Positions 1 through 13,747 of a DNA stretch of 64,000 nt are shown piece after piece (within the stretch, counting starts at the first letter, position 1; every line of letters starts with the position of its first letter). The notes beneath the pieces were generated by a model, which was not told where the DNA came from, did no database searches, and saw only the letters and a list, made by a program, of their open reading frames with translations. Origin of the DNA: Pseudovirgaria hyperparasitica (taxonomy: Eukaryota); NCBI GenBank assembly GCA_010093815.1, contig ML996568.1; one strand, written 5' to 3'. Position numbers and translations under genes: made by a program.

Positions 1-2598
1 AAAGTACAGCAGATAATGTTGTCCAGATTTGAACAGGACGAGTTTCCTACCGTATCCATAGGCTACGATCTTGTACAAAGTGTCAAAAATAGTTGGAGAG
101 TCGACCATTCTGTAGATATAAAGTTCGCCCAGATACTTGACTTCAGCCAACCGACGCTGGTTGAACCTAAAATCGTTGACTTCAAGCCCCAGGACGATCT
201 GCTCAAGTAAATCATCAATAACAGTGATAACGAAGTTCGCATGGTATCGATTCAATGACCCGAGAATAACGGCCAATAGGTGTATGTTGCCGTATTTGAT
301 TCGATGCGGTTTGGTGAATATTTTTTCGAGGCTGCGGACGACATCCGGTTCCTCCCAATGAAGTTTCCGGATCTGTCTTACTATCTTATCAAGACTTCTC
401 CTTGAAAGATCCGTGTACATGAGTTTACGGAGAAACAAGTCCAGCGGTGTTCTCTCCTTTTGCTCAATTGCAGCTCGTTCGGGTGGATTGACGTGATATA
501 TCGCATTGTCAAGGTTCATACGTTCCTGATGCCCAATATGTTGCGCAGCTTTTTTCCTTTGTAAAGTATCCAGGAATGATACCATGCGCGGGGAGGTTTC
601 TGGGTTTCGGAAAAGATATCGGCCACAGTTCTCGAGTAGATGGCTAATGATGTCAATGTTCATGCGAGAGAATTCATCTAGACTGACTTTGAGACAATGA
701 AATATGACATGTTCCGGAACTACGCCAAATTTTGTGAGCTCTGCGAGGTAACGGACGTTTTGAATGCGGACTTGGCCAAGCGAGTCTTTCGATTTCCTCC
801 GCTGTAGGCTGCGAAACTCATCATCTAGGTACGTTATCAAACTTGACGGGATGTCCGGAAGGTATTTTCCCAGCGTCGCAACAAGTCGGGCGTAGAGTGG
901 CATTAGGTCAGTGCGACCTCTTGGAAGATCTTGAACAGCTTTTATGAGCCTGTTGCGTGAGGCTTTCGAATTCAGGAAACAGAAGTCTGTAGCTGTCTGA
1001 TCGACCATGTCCTTCGTGGTAAATTCAGGTAAGCGCGCAAGAATTGAGTCGACTTGGGCGCCCATTGATTTATTAACGATTGTCGTGGACTGATCGTCGA
1101 TATCTGCGGCTTTCTCAGAACTTGGCTCTGCGTCTGGCTTAGATTCACCGGGAACTGAGATCCCATCAGCCTTTCTTCCAACTTGCTCCTCATCAGACTT
1201 CTTCTTCTTGCCATCTTCAAGGAGAATTCCGGGTACGCGATCCTTCAGGTCGATCAAATTCTCGTAAAATCGACGCTCTTCTTCATCCTCCCAAATTCCA
1301 GGGCCATCACTCTGGCCTCGTAGGTACTCTCCGGTCTTGACGAGTCCGATTGCATTATCGCCAATCGCAGTCGCACTGTCTTTCTCTTGCAGATCGGGCA
1401 TCTCTACACCTAGGGCATCGGCCATGACCTGTGCATTCGCAACCAATTTCTCCTGTGTTTTGATCTGCTTCTCATGAGTTGCTTGTCTATCTTCAAACAC
1501 TTCGCCGGACTTGACGTAAGCCTCCGCGTTGCGACGACCTTGGGCCATTAAAGTCTTCTGATTTCTAAGTATATGCGACTTTACATCGTCCAGATATCGA
1601 GACAAGATGTTTTTGAAACGTTGGCGTAGTTCTGGTGAGGTCATAGGAGAGTCATCTGCTACTGGATCCATGTTCTCATTGAACATGGGCTCTTCCCCTT
1701 TAGCGGAGGACGATGTGGTACCATCCTCAGCGACTGATTTTCGACCTTCAGACGACGCAAGTTGCACCCCAAGAACATCCCAAGCGAAAGCCTTAACGAA
1801 GATTACCACTAATGGAAGATTGACATGCTCACGATCATGACCTAGCATCTCCTTGAGTGCCTCGAGAGGGAAAGGCTCTGCATCGGCGTCACCACGCGCA
1901 TTCGAGCCTGCCACTTTGGTCTTCGAGGTAATGTCCACTGGTTTGGCGCCGTCTTTGCTTTTAGTACCAACTTCATCGGGGCGAGCGGTATCTTCAAGAC
2001 TCCTCAAAACCCCTACAAGCCACAGTTCTGTAGCAACACGCAGTAGAACCCTCTGCCTGGCGATCCGCTCCCTTTCTTCTCGCTCTCTAACATCTTGAGC
2101 CAGTGATTTCAGTATTGACTTGTCCGGTGTGCTTAAGCCTCTTCCAATTAGCCAACCGATCTTTTCAGTAAACTCCGCTGGGCCGAAGCGTTGATGCAGA
2201 GCACTGACTATTTCGACGCCCGTAGATATCTCCGCTGGGGTTTTAAGCTTGCATAGACCCTCAAAGGTCGCAGATATGATCTCTGAGAGGTATTTGTGAA
2301 GAGATAGACTGCGTATCTCTTGTAGGAATGTATCCTTCGAGGACGCCGTTATAGCGGTTCGCAAGCGTTTGATGAAAGCGGTGTTCTTTTTCATGGACGA
2401 ATCGAGCGAGTTCTGAACGGTGAAGAGCTCTACGAAAAGTATCAGTATCTTAGATGGCTCAGCTTGACGACATTGAACCAACCAGTTTCGCCAGACCAAG
2501 CTCGCGCATTGAGACCCCTTAGCTCGCCTGCTTGTATTTCAGCACAACACTACCTGCTACAAATTCATATATGACATACGCTTTCTCTGTCGCTCCAT
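1..2598 (-). CDS. UPF2: Nonsense-mediated mRNA decay factor Upf2/Nmd2 (MIF4G domains), 5' part; runs off the window start
   Basis: Minus-strand ATG at 2598 (MERQRK), two short GT-AG introns near 2528-2579 and 2430-2482, then a long open frame to position 1 beginning ELFTVQNSLDSSMKKNTAFIKRLR, the typical Upf2 N-terminal MIF4G motif. Later GIWEDEEERRFYENL. Missing from the ORF track because its stop lies outside the window. Confidence 0.92.
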
Positions 2599-3730
2599 GA
2601 CGCCGTACACCTTCCCGTGGGAAATGGTAGGAGTCGCACTGGCGGGGATGTGGGTGCAGCAAAGCTAAGGATGAAGTACATGGGAGATTGAAGAAGCGAA
2701 CAAGTGCGGTGGTCCCTGGTCTATCATTGGGGTTTGCGTGGGCTAAGACTCAGCAATGGATCGATGGCTTACGATTCGAAAGGGCACTTGAGAGTTCGTG
2801 GCTATAAATTGATCTGGTGCCAGTATCTGGTAAAGTTGCAGTGGGCGCGCTTGACCTCCGCCAGGACCCGCACCGCGTCCATTCTTGAAACCCGAACACT
2901 CAATATTAGTGCCTAAGGCATCAATAAGCCGAATGACCCCACCACACCATCTCTCCATCCATCACGATCAATGTTAATCAGTATCTGTAGTTGCCTTTGG
3001 CGCATCGTGGAACCACCTGGTATTAGTAAACATTAACAATGAATTTGATGACTACAGACCACAGCAGACGATGAAATAGTGGCGAGGCTGAGTTTCTCTC
3101 CGATTCCGTGTGGTCCTCATGTCCTATAAGCACGCACCTTCATGAAAGACCTTCACTTCTTCGTCTCATATGTTGTACATATTCGAACACAGTTGTTCAT
3201 CCATCAAGCTTGGTATATTTAGTCCTTTCACTCGTACCGTTACTATAATGAAAAAAATGTATACCTACAGAAGGCTATACAAGTACCGCCATTTTCTTTA
3301 CCTGTCAGTAGGTAGGCTTTCCAACTTTCTTCCTATACTGGATTTACTTCCTTCACAGGAAGTATCTAGATAGGTACGCCAGTACAGGTCTCCCAGAGAC
3401 TGCATAAAGTCGTTCCTTCTGTACCCGGTACCTGTCTCGCGGAGACATTGCGTTATGGCAAGAATCCGTAATGTGCGTTACTCTTACCTGCCTGTTCCTG
3501 ATAGATGTTCTCTCGTCGATCTCGGTTTTGGATCTCAGTACCTAGGTAGTATTAAGGTCGTTGCGCAAGTCACATCTATGTCGGCTCGGGTTGTAATCGC
3601 CGATACTATATTCCCGGGAAAAGGAACCACCCAGCAGCTTCGAAGGCACCGCGAACGTTCACGAATATCTGTTCTTTCTCCCGGCACTCCTTCAAGGGTC
3701 AGATCAATGAATACACGACGTAATTGCGAG

Positions 3731-6502
3731 ATGTGGTGGACAAGAGTAAAACGAGATGCTAGCGAGGATGACATATCGACGATTGCAAATCCGTGGGCGA
3801 CAGCAGATGTAGGCGACTGATACCTGTGTTTATTTCAGGGAGTCATTGAACAAGTCTCAGATCATATACACTGCCATCATGGGGTCGCTTATGCTGGCCG
3901 CGTTCCTGGAGTGGTTTCTGTGGATAGCTGCCTTCCTCTACTGCCTTATCAAAGCATACCGGAAAGCCGAGAGTAAAAGCATTCGAATCCTTGCCGTCAT
4001 TATCATGGTTTTGTTCACAGCCGTCAGGTATGAGCCTTTCCATAGAAACCAGAGCACAGACTGATGAATAGGCGAAGGGCGATATTCCTTCCAATCATGA
4101 TCGTTACCTTACCTCTACCTCCTCGACTCGTAAGATACTTCCCTCAAGTAATGGTCCATTTCCTCCAGTGGTTTGCTTTCTGGAGTTTCGCTGGTCTACT
4201 TACAATACCCTGGCTCTTTTGCGTCTATCAATTAGTCACGCACTCCTTTGGCAGGACTAAAAGGATCAAACATGTACTGGACGAAGCCTCGGCCCCTAAA
4301 GTGGTTATTGTCATGCCGTGCTACAAAGAAAAACCAGACATACTACTCAGGACCGTAGATTCGCTTGTCGATTGTGAATATCCTCCATCGTGTCTACACG
4401 TGTTTCTTTCGTTCGATGGTGACCAAGAAGACGAGCTTTACCTCAGGACAATCGAGAAACTCGGGGTTCCGCTGGCCCTCGACTCGTACCCGAAAAGCAT
4501 TGATGTCGCTTACAGAGGTACGAGGATCACTGTCTCACGATTTCCACATGGAGGAAAGCGCCATTGTCAAAAACGGACATTCAAACTTATTGATAAGATC
4601 TATACTGAGTACCTGAAGCGCAATGACAACCTCTTTGTACTCTTCATTGACTCTGATTGTATACTGGACAAAGTTTGCATCCAAAATTTCATGTACGAGA
4701 TGGAGCTGAAGCCAGGAAGCAAGAGGAATATGCTCGCGCAAACCGGCGTCATTACATCAACCACAGAGAAGAACAGTTTGATTACACTCCTGCAGGACAT
4801 GGAATACATTCATGGCCAGCTTTTCGAGCGCTCCGTGGAGTCTGGCTGCGGGGCAGTCACTTGTCTGCCAGGAGCACTGACTATCCTCAGATTCTCCGCA
4901 TTCAGGAAGATGGCAAAATACTACTTCGCTGACAAAGCTGAACAATGTCAAGATCTATTTGACTATGGCAAGTGTCACCTTGGAGAGGATCGTTGGCTCA
5001 CGCACCTCTTCATGATAGGCGCCAAGGAGAGATACCAGATTCAGATGAATACTGGTGCTTTCTGCAAGACCGAAGCAGTACAGGAGTATAATAGCTTACT
5101 CAAGCAGCGTCGCCGGTGGTTCTTAGGCTTTATCACGAATGAGGTCTGTATGCTTACCGATATTCGACTCTGGAAACGCTACCCCCTCTTATGCTTGATG
5201 CGCTTCGCGCAAAATACCATACGTACGACCGCTCTTCTGTTTTTTATCATGGTTATCTCGCTCATGACGACTTCAAGAAAGATTGAAGATCTTCCTGTTG
5301 GTTTCATTGGTGTATCACTGGGCTTGAACTGGGCACTCATGCTCTATTTTGGTGCGAAGCTTGGTCGATACAAGATTATGCTTTACCCCTTGATGTTTGT
5401 TGTAAACCCGTTCTTCAACTGGGTTTATATGGTCTATGGTATCTTCACTGCCGGTCAGCGCACTTGGGGCGGTCCTAGGGCCGATGCTGGGGCTGCAGAC
5501 ATCAATACATCACCCCAAGCGGCCATCGAGTATGCCGAGGCCATGGGGGACGATCTCAACGTTGTTCCAGAGACATTCAAGTCGGCTGCAGAAGCTCGCA
5601 CGCACCATTACACGCATGTGCCGTTCCTCCCATCCGACAACATCGAAGGTCGTTTTGCACCAGCCGAGCAGCTACCGGATGGTTGGTACTGGCAAGGAAA
5701 CGATTCTGGACTTCATGTGCTTAAAGGAACGACTCGACAGGTTGTAGGAATGGCATTGCATCTGCGAAACTCATATGAGTCCAGTGGCACGACAGACTCA
5801 GCGACTAATTCAGTGTATCTACCTCGTAGGGTCGAAAGCATCATGGATCTAGATGATACTCTCAAGTACCACATGGGCCAGGCTGTACAGCGCCCTGCAG
5901 GAGGTACCACTTTTACCAGTGAGCGCTCAGGTGTATTTGATTCGAAGGCATATACCACCCGGTTCCCATTCCAGTCATCATCGTCGGACTCATCTTACGC
6001 CGACACCTCTCTATATAACAGCAACTCTGACAGGGTCTATCCTGAATATAGTGCGGACAATTTGCAGCCAAGAGATGGAGTAAGAATAAAAGAAATACAT
6101 GGAGAAACGACGGAAAGTTCATACGTGCAATTATGGAATCCTGAAAATGGAATATTTTCTCCTAGCATCAATTACTCCACCGGGGATGCAGAATATACAA
6201 CTCTGTCACAACCTCCAGTTGGGTTTATAAACAGGCGATGCCAATCGCCCTTATCACACCCAATTTTCACCAGGACTGCCACACAACCTTCGTCAGCCGC
6301 TGAACATTCGTCAGAGCCGGAGCGATATCCTGAGTCTGATACTTGTGGCATAAGTCGACCTCTGGTCGATGAGCCATGTTCGAACCGACGATACACGGAG
6401 ACACTGAGCATGCCATCACCATCACACCAACCAAGCGGTCGAAGTACCGAGAGAAAGCAGAGAAAACAGCTGAACAAACCTCGATCTGATAGCAGGGCAT
6501 GA
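3731..6502 (+). CDS. Chitin synthase, division-3 type (class VI/VII depending on nomenclature), GT2 family
   Basis: Motifs FDGD, FIDSD, TCLPG, GEDRWL, QRRRW and TWG. Model: exon 1 3731-3792 (MWWTRVKR...), intron 3793-3838, hydrophobic exon (FLEWFLWIAAFLYCL), intron from 4028, then ORF to the stop at 6502 with a long low-complexity C-tail. Confidence 0.93.
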
Positions 6503-8079
6503 TTCTCCTCTCCGCTTCAGTTCTCTTGTTCTAGTTGATACACCATCATGCCGCTTTTCTTCTTTTCAACACATACTTACTATTCATGACTTCAAGGGTA
6601 CCAGATCGCTATTTCTTGACAGGCATGCTGATTTGACACTTTCTTTAGGACGAGGTGTCTTCTCTACTATCTACATACCTGTCATTTACCCCTTCGGATC
6701 ATGGCCGACAACAGTCCACGAATTGATTTAATTTGGCACAGACCCCATCCACACGCATTTCAAAATCCGGAATCCCAAGACTGTGACTAATCGCGAACCT
6801 TAGTCGTTACAATGATCAGACAGAGGAGGAAGGTAGAGTACATGTTATCTTAATGGATAACGATATATCGATGTTCACTAGTTCCTCTCATGACGTGAGA
6901 TACAACAGGGCATATACGTGACGGCTCGAGGGCATGGCCAAATATCAATCGCCCAATACTGCCTTATATGATCTAAAGAACGCTAGCGTTCTCCATTGAC
7001 TGCAAACTGGAATCAATGAGTATCATCATCCTACAAAGTATCGAATTAATCGTCTCCCAGCTGATAGCTTTCCAACATAGTTATATGGTTACCCTGAACT
7101 CTAGGACTTTCAGCTCGGGCCCTCCACTAATGGCACAACCTTTAATATTGACTAGCGCCGCAGAATTAGAGCCCTAGTTCGAACTTCGATGGGACCACTG
7201 TCCGAAATTTTGAAGGCGTCATTAGCAAGCTTAATTGAACTACTGGTGGGTATTGGACTGGAACAGCTGCAAGGATGGCTGACGGCTGTTGGTGGGTTAT
7301 GCTACAAACAAACTATGATTGAGAAGGTCACTTTGATATTCGTCAGGGGGAGGTGCTCTTAGAGGTAATCCACCAGGAACGAGCTTTTGGAGAGGTCTTC
7401 AGAGTAGAGGAGCTACTTAACTAGTACAACTTTTTCTACCTGGATTGGTCAATCAAAGTAAATCTCCTTTCTATCAAGTATACCCACAGCGTATCAATGG
7501 TTATGAAGTAGCATGCCTTATGTACGCAGAAGACTGTAGCAGCATTACTTCGTTCACTGTTCTCAATGAAGTCGTGAAACTCTTGTGATCGCTACATTCG
7601 TATATGCCAATCTCAGTCTGTGAGGCGTACGAAATGCAGTATATCAGGCTGCGCAGGCGTAAAACAGATTGGTAGCCGCCCTTGTTAGGGTGTTCGACAC
7701 TCCTTGTGCGAAAAATCTGCACTATCATGAGAAAATCAGTAAGATGATTTTATAAGCGGTACCAAATTCTATGTTTCTCAACAGTGTAGAGAAGCTACAA
7801 GATACTGGGGTTCTGTGCCAAACCCACTTAGTACAAGCACCACCAGATGAAATGATACAAGTATGAAGAAGAGAGCATCGTGCGTCAGGAGTGTATCGAG
7901 TTAAAAACTTGTGTGGAAATTGTTACTCAAAGGAGATTGGCAACCTGCCAACATCTCGTTGGCTCTGCGCCTTCATCTTGAAAGGGAGAGACAAAGTCTT
8001 CAAATTTCAGTCCCCTGCACATACCGGTCCCCAACAACGCCGTGCTAAGCCCAGAGGAAGTAACATCGCCACGGCCGTC

Positions 8080-8958
8080 CTATCTCAACCATCTCAGCAC
8101 AAAATAACAAAACACAAAGAAGATGACCACCCCAGCGTAGAATATCCACTTGTCCTGCTTTGCTCTCCTCTCCACCATTCGTATCGTGTCATTACTGATA
8201 CCCAGCGTGTTTGCAACCCCGTACAGCCTCTTCTGCGTTCCCTTCAACATCTCCCTCTGGGTCCCTAGATCTCCCAAAACTGCTCTTCCTCGATCTAGAA
8301 ACTCATCTAGCTGAGCATTTGTCTGCGACATGAATGAGCTCTCACGCAGCGCATGGCCTTCTCGTGTTGCATGGTAAGGGTTCGCTTCTGGTGGTGGTGC
8401 ATTAGCCGGCCTCCATGGTGAGTGCTGCGCATTAGCATTGTTTGAATATGGGTTTTCGGGCGTTGCGGTATTGTGTGGTCGACGGCCAAAGAGCTCTGTG
8501 CGTTCAAGTGTCGTTTGCTAGATCGTACATCAATGTGCTATTCTTTGAAGGGTGATTGATAGATATACTTTTGCCTCATTGTCTTGCTTCAGCCGGTTAA
8601 ATTGATCACGGTAATCCGACAGTTCGCTCCTGAATGTCTTGACGCGCTCAAATGCCTTATCTTGTTTCGCAGCAACGATCTCTTGCTTTGCGAGTCTGGA
8701 ATAGTCGTCGACGGTACGGGAGAAGGAGGTAAGGGAGGCGCTGATTTGACCTTGTGTTAAAGGCTATCAGTCGTGTGTGCGATGGGCACGGATGTAGACA
8801 TACCGAGGAGGGCTGGCGAAGCAGCGGGAGCATCGGCAAAGACCTCGAGGTCCTTTCGTATGGATGCGGACTGCCGCAGTGCGGAATTGAAGAGGGTGTT
8901 CTACGTCATTCGTTTGAGATTGGTAGATTTCTGTGAAAGAGTCGAGAGCACTCACCAT
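8080..8958 (-). CDS. BOS1: ER-Golgi Qb-SNARE Bos1 (membrin)
   Basis: ATG-only first exon (ATG|GTGAGT at 8958), then NTLFNSALRQ.... Three introns. The C-terminal SNARE motif and TM anchor read LDEFLDRGRAVLGDL...ANTLGISNDTIRMVERRAKQDKWIFYAGVVIFFVFCYFVLRWLR. Confidence 0.9.
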
Positions 8959-9721
8959 TGTCTTAGTCTAGAGCTATGTACAGGACAAGAACCACTCATT
9001 AATGAGCAAGGCGCTGCTGAGAGTTTAGATATATGGATATGGACTTCAAGTAGTTGTAAACACTGAGGCAACTCTCGCCAGATGTCATGAAGAAATTCTG
9101 CCGGGCAGGTGTTGACCGCCGACTAGATAGGTTAAACGGATCCGGATGTGACAGCGGCTGCGCGCCTTGGTCTCACAACAACGCAAGCCATGGGTATCAG
9201 CGGCTTGACCTCTAATTGAAATAACATGTCAATTTTAGAAGACTTTGCTCAAGGACAGGCATGACACAAAATCAGAGGGAAGAGTTCCTTACTCTCGGGT
9301 CCTCGTAGTCTATACAATATATACCTGCGCCGCAGCTTACCCACTACTGTTTTGAGTCTGGAGATGGAAACGGCAAATGTTGGGAGACTCCTTAGTATCA
9401 TACCCGTTATACATTGCATATCACCGAATTTCCAGATGATAGCCAGATAGTGACGAGTTACTATCCTGCCAAGCTTCCCCGCGATTTTGAATTGAGAACC
9501 CTTGTAAGACTTTTTATCAGCTCGATGCTGACCTTCCGGAAAGAGTAAAGATTACTGCACTTGGCAAAATGGACGAGGCACTACATCTCATATAGACAAG
9601 GAGGAAAAGCCGGGAACATGGAGAATCTTATATTTGGGGGACCAATAAAAGTATATATAGGATGTAAGGAACCGCAACTGATGCGATATGTCTCGGCTGC
9701 CAGACCTTGGCTTCCTTAACC

Positions 9722-11289
9722 ATGAAGGGAGTGTCCTTGTTGTGCTCTTGTGTTATAGCACCGGCTCTTGCACAGATTTTTGATACTTTGCAGGTTGTCC
9801 GAGACCTACCTGATGCAGTTGCAGTGAACGCTGGTAACTATGTCTCGTGCGCCAATGCTGCATGGCCACCATCTGATGTCGGGTTTGAACTTATCCCACA
9901 AGCCCCGGATGACGATTTGAAGGCTGCTTTGGCAGAAATTGATACAAGTCGGATTGAAGCGATCATCAGCAAGCTCGTTTCCTTCGGGACTCGGCATACT
10001 TTGTCTACACAGAACTCAACCACGCATGGCATTGGCGCCGCCCGGGACTGGATAGCGGCAGAAATGAGGAAGTATGCTGAAGCTTCCGAGGGACAAATGA
10101 CCGTAACTGTACCATCGTACATCCAGTCAGTCGCAAATCGGATATCTTTCCCTGTGAAGATATCAAATATTGTGGCTACTTTAAAGGGTTCCACAGACCC
10201 AGATCGGGTTTATATAGTCTCAGGACATTATGATAGTCGGGTGACTGACATCATGGACTATACATCTGATGCACCCGGTGCTAATGACGACGCGTCTGGC
10301 GTTGCTGGTAGGTGTATCAACCATTTCTGTGCACATGACTCACATGGTGCAGTATCGTTGGAGCTTGCTCGAATCATGGCAACCAGGAGACCGAAAGCAA
10401 GTATAGCGTTCGTAGCAGTCGCTGGCGAGGAGCAAGGGTTATACGGAGCTGCCAACCTTGCACAGAGATATCGTAATGCCAGCGTGAACATCGAGGGTAT
10501 GATCACAAACGACATCATCGGGAGCTCGAGGGGCGAGCACAACATTAGCGACCCATATACCATACGTCTGTTCGCTCAGGGGCCACCTCTCACAGAATCA
10601 ACTGCTCTTGCTGCATCGAGGCTCAGTATCGGCGGTGAGAATGACTCCCCAGCTCGCCAACTGGCTAGGTTCATGGCCGAAGTCGCATCGAATAATGCTA
10701 CGGGCATGAACATCGCAGTCATATATCGCCTGGATCGATTCCTCAGGGGTGGTGACCACTCTGCATTTCTGCAGCAGGGTTATGCCGGTATAAGGTAACC
10801 AGGGACTATCGTCTTGAGCACTCAGACCATTATTTACTAATTGAATGATTAAGATATAGCGAGCCCAACGAGAATTTCGACCATCAACATCAAGACGTTC
10901 GTGTCGAGAACGGAATTCAGTATGGAGACCTGGCAGAATTCGTCGATTATGAGTATGTGACACGAGTCGCGAAGGTTAATTTGGTCGGGCTTTGGAGCAT
11001 CGCAAATGCCCCAGGCAAAGTCAAAAATCTAACAGTCACAACAACGACCCTGGGAAATGACAGTGAGCTCAAATGGCTTGCTTCTGATAGTGAGGATCTT
11101 GAGGGATACGAGCTAGTGTGGAGAGCGACGACGGCGCCAATGTGGTCACACAGTGTCCTTATTGGGAACGTGAGCAGCGTGACTGTGCCTCTGAGCAAGG
11201 ACAATGTGATTCTTGGTATTAGATCGGTCGGAAAGAACGGATACAAGAGTCCTGCGGTGTATCCTGGACCGAGCCCGTTTCCTGAGTGA
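9722..11289 (+). CDS. Secreted M28-family zinc metallopeptidase with C-terminal fibronectin-III-like domain
   Basis: Signal-peptide-like N-terminus. Zinc-ligand motifs [28 protein letters not shown]. Introns at 10308-10352 and about 10795-10852. C-terminal [21 protein letters not shown] segment. Confidence 0.9.
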
Positions 11290-12273
11290 AGACGGCCTGT
11301 TTAAAACGCTGTTGACTCAGAGATCGGATATCTCGATGCAAGATTTAGTACAGGCTAGACTAGCCGTCCTAAAAGATAGAACGTATATGTTTCGTATATT
11401 CCTGGCTCGTGGCGTCTTCGTCTTTGTCATCCTACTTCGGACTTGACTGACCTCGGACTTAAAGCGCCAATCGGAGAAAGCCACTTCAGAGTCATCAACG
11501 CCGATGGAGGACGCGAGAATGTATGTAGCAATCATTCTTCGAAGAAGTGCTGAGTAGGATCTGATGGTATCTCGTATGAGAGATTGATGAAAATAATGAG
11601 TGGTACAGTGACAGAACACATGTCGAGATGATTGGAAGGGCAAAAGTCAAAGACAAGCCCTTTGACCCTAAGGGGCCGTGCTTTCTGGTCTCCACTTATT
11701 TTTAGATAATGCATCCACCTGGCCACTCTGATGATTCTGATTGATGTTGTTATGCTGTGGTTAACCTCGCGGATGCGACGTCTGACACAATCTTCTCTTT
11801 CTACATCTAGACTATCCGTTTTCGCACCACGCAGCCTTCCATTGTCGTGCTCTCGGGGGGATGCGGCTGGTCAAGCTTGGCAATCAACACCATTCATCCA
11901 TCTGAGGTTCCTCCCCTGCACAGACATGGATGTACGTCAGAACAAAGCCCCAAGACGCGCTGTCAAAAGTGCCAAAGGGCGTCAAATATCTTCCATATCG
12001 TGCGCCAGTTCATGTCGATGGATCAGCACCTGGTGCAGGATTGGCGGTGTCGTCTCTCGCCATTTCACCTTGAAGTCATCGACATACCCAATAAAGGACA
12101 CCGAAACACATCACATACAGGGATTGTCTCCGTAAATTCAAGGTAAAGCTTGCGCATACACTCATATTACTAACGAGTAATAAGACCTTGATGGATTCTG
12201 GGGCGCTTTGATGACTCCTATAATAGCGCGATCTACTCCCCGCGAAGCACCAAGCCTCAGACAATGGCAGAAC

Positions 12274-12497
12274 TCCGAGTGGTACTCGGACTTGCTTACA
12301 TTACCAACTTCGGCTAGTCCTTGCGCCCAGTCAACGACTGATGCGTCTCTAGTTCTTCAGTCATCAATTCTGCGTACGGTGTAACAAAGCCAATGTGGTT
12401 CTCATGCGCTGACTGCTACGTAAGGCTGGTCCGAGCCTCCTTTCGGACCTAGTTCTCGGCTGTATTACATTTTATGTGTGGAGTGTATGTATATATA
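12274..12497 (+). promoter_or_regulatory. Promoter of the 66-aa microprotein: two CCG...CGG palindromes plus TATA box
   Basis: TCCGAGT-ggt-ACTCGGA (12274-12290), GGTCCGA-n8-TCGGACC (12428-12449) and TATATATA (12490-12497). Confidence 0.5.
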
Positions 12498-12676
12498 CGG
12501 GCATAATGTTCCCCCTTTGGAGCACAACAACCAATCTTTGTTGATAACTTCTGAATTACAACACCTGCACTACGACTTAACAATCGATCGGCATACCTGT
12601 TCTTGTCAATTTGGACTCAACCTGTCCTGTCTGTTCTTAGGTTTCATTCATCGGCATAGCGAAACACAAAAAAACA

Positions 12677-12877
12677 ATGTCCTACCGAACAAGTTCAGAA
12701 AATACCTCGACCGCTTCTATTTCAACTAAGAGCTCGATATCTTCCATTCAATTTCTCAAAGAGATGTTCTCCTCCAAAAAAAATCCAGAAGACGAATCGA
12801 TCTCACACTCGAGCTCCAAAACACGCGCTAAAGAGATGAGGGCAACCGCTCTTGCACACTACGCCACCATGCGTTGA
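12677..12877 (+). CDS. Ser/Thr-rich microprotein (66 aa), unknown function
   Basis: Single-exon ORF with A-rich start context (ACAAAAAAACAATG) and an upstream TATA. Ends ...RATALAHYATMR*, a motif shared with the gene at 39906. Confidence 0.65.
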   Translation: MSYRTSSENTSTASISTKSSISSIQFLKEMFSSKKNPEDESISHSSSKTRAKEMRATALAHYATMR

Positions 12878-13747
12878 TGAAACAGACGCTCTAACATTAT
12901 TCATTTTACCCTCACTCTTCAAGTAAACCACTTGGAATTCGAGCAACGGATTCAACACAAATTTATTCAGCCCCTAATCATCTTTTCGAACGGAGGACAC
13001 AGCATGGTCTACACTATCTATATTTCAGGGGTGATCGCCGGAGTTTGTGGACATGCATGAGTGCTAGGGCTTTTGCGAGGTGGATTATATTCTTACTTGA
13101 CGCACGCGATCCTAGTTCTATCTCGTTCTATGAATCTACTGTCTTTCGATTTCACACGTCATTATTGTCAATGTATGTACATCATTCCATATAATATGAA
13201 CTAGGTAAACCAATGGGCCAGACGCTTTCGATTGGTAGGCTAATACTTAATAAGGTAATGTGAAGTCTAGCCATGTTGATGCAAGAAACATAGGGACAAA
13301 GATTCACGATACGTATCACACGAACCAATCCACTATTGCCGTTCTTCGAACGGCAAGTCCCACGCGGCGTGTTCTTCACCGTAACTCTATTGTCGATGCG
13401 TATCTTCAGCGTTGTCGAGGCAATGGTGACCGACCCGGCAAACGATGGTGCTGATTCACAACACAAGCTTCTATTGTTCTGCCTAGCGTGTCCGTCTTTC
13501 CACCCGGCACTCTCGAAGATTCTCTGACTTGTGTATATATATTCTTACGACGTGTCACACCTATAATTTCCCTACTAACTTCCTTCTCACTTCTTCAATC
13601 TCGATTTCCTGATACTATACCGACACTGTTGATCCTTTAGCCTACCGAGCCCATACGAGGTGACATTGTTTCCTCTGACCACCCTATTTCGTACTGCTCA
13701 CAACGTCTAGAACTGCCATACAGTCAGAATTTGACAAGTTTTCCGCG

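Noticed and set aside
11300..12260. Possible decayed gene or zinc-finger remnant (RCQKCQR)
   Set aside because: Short unconnected ORFs; no full Cys pattern or consistent frame.
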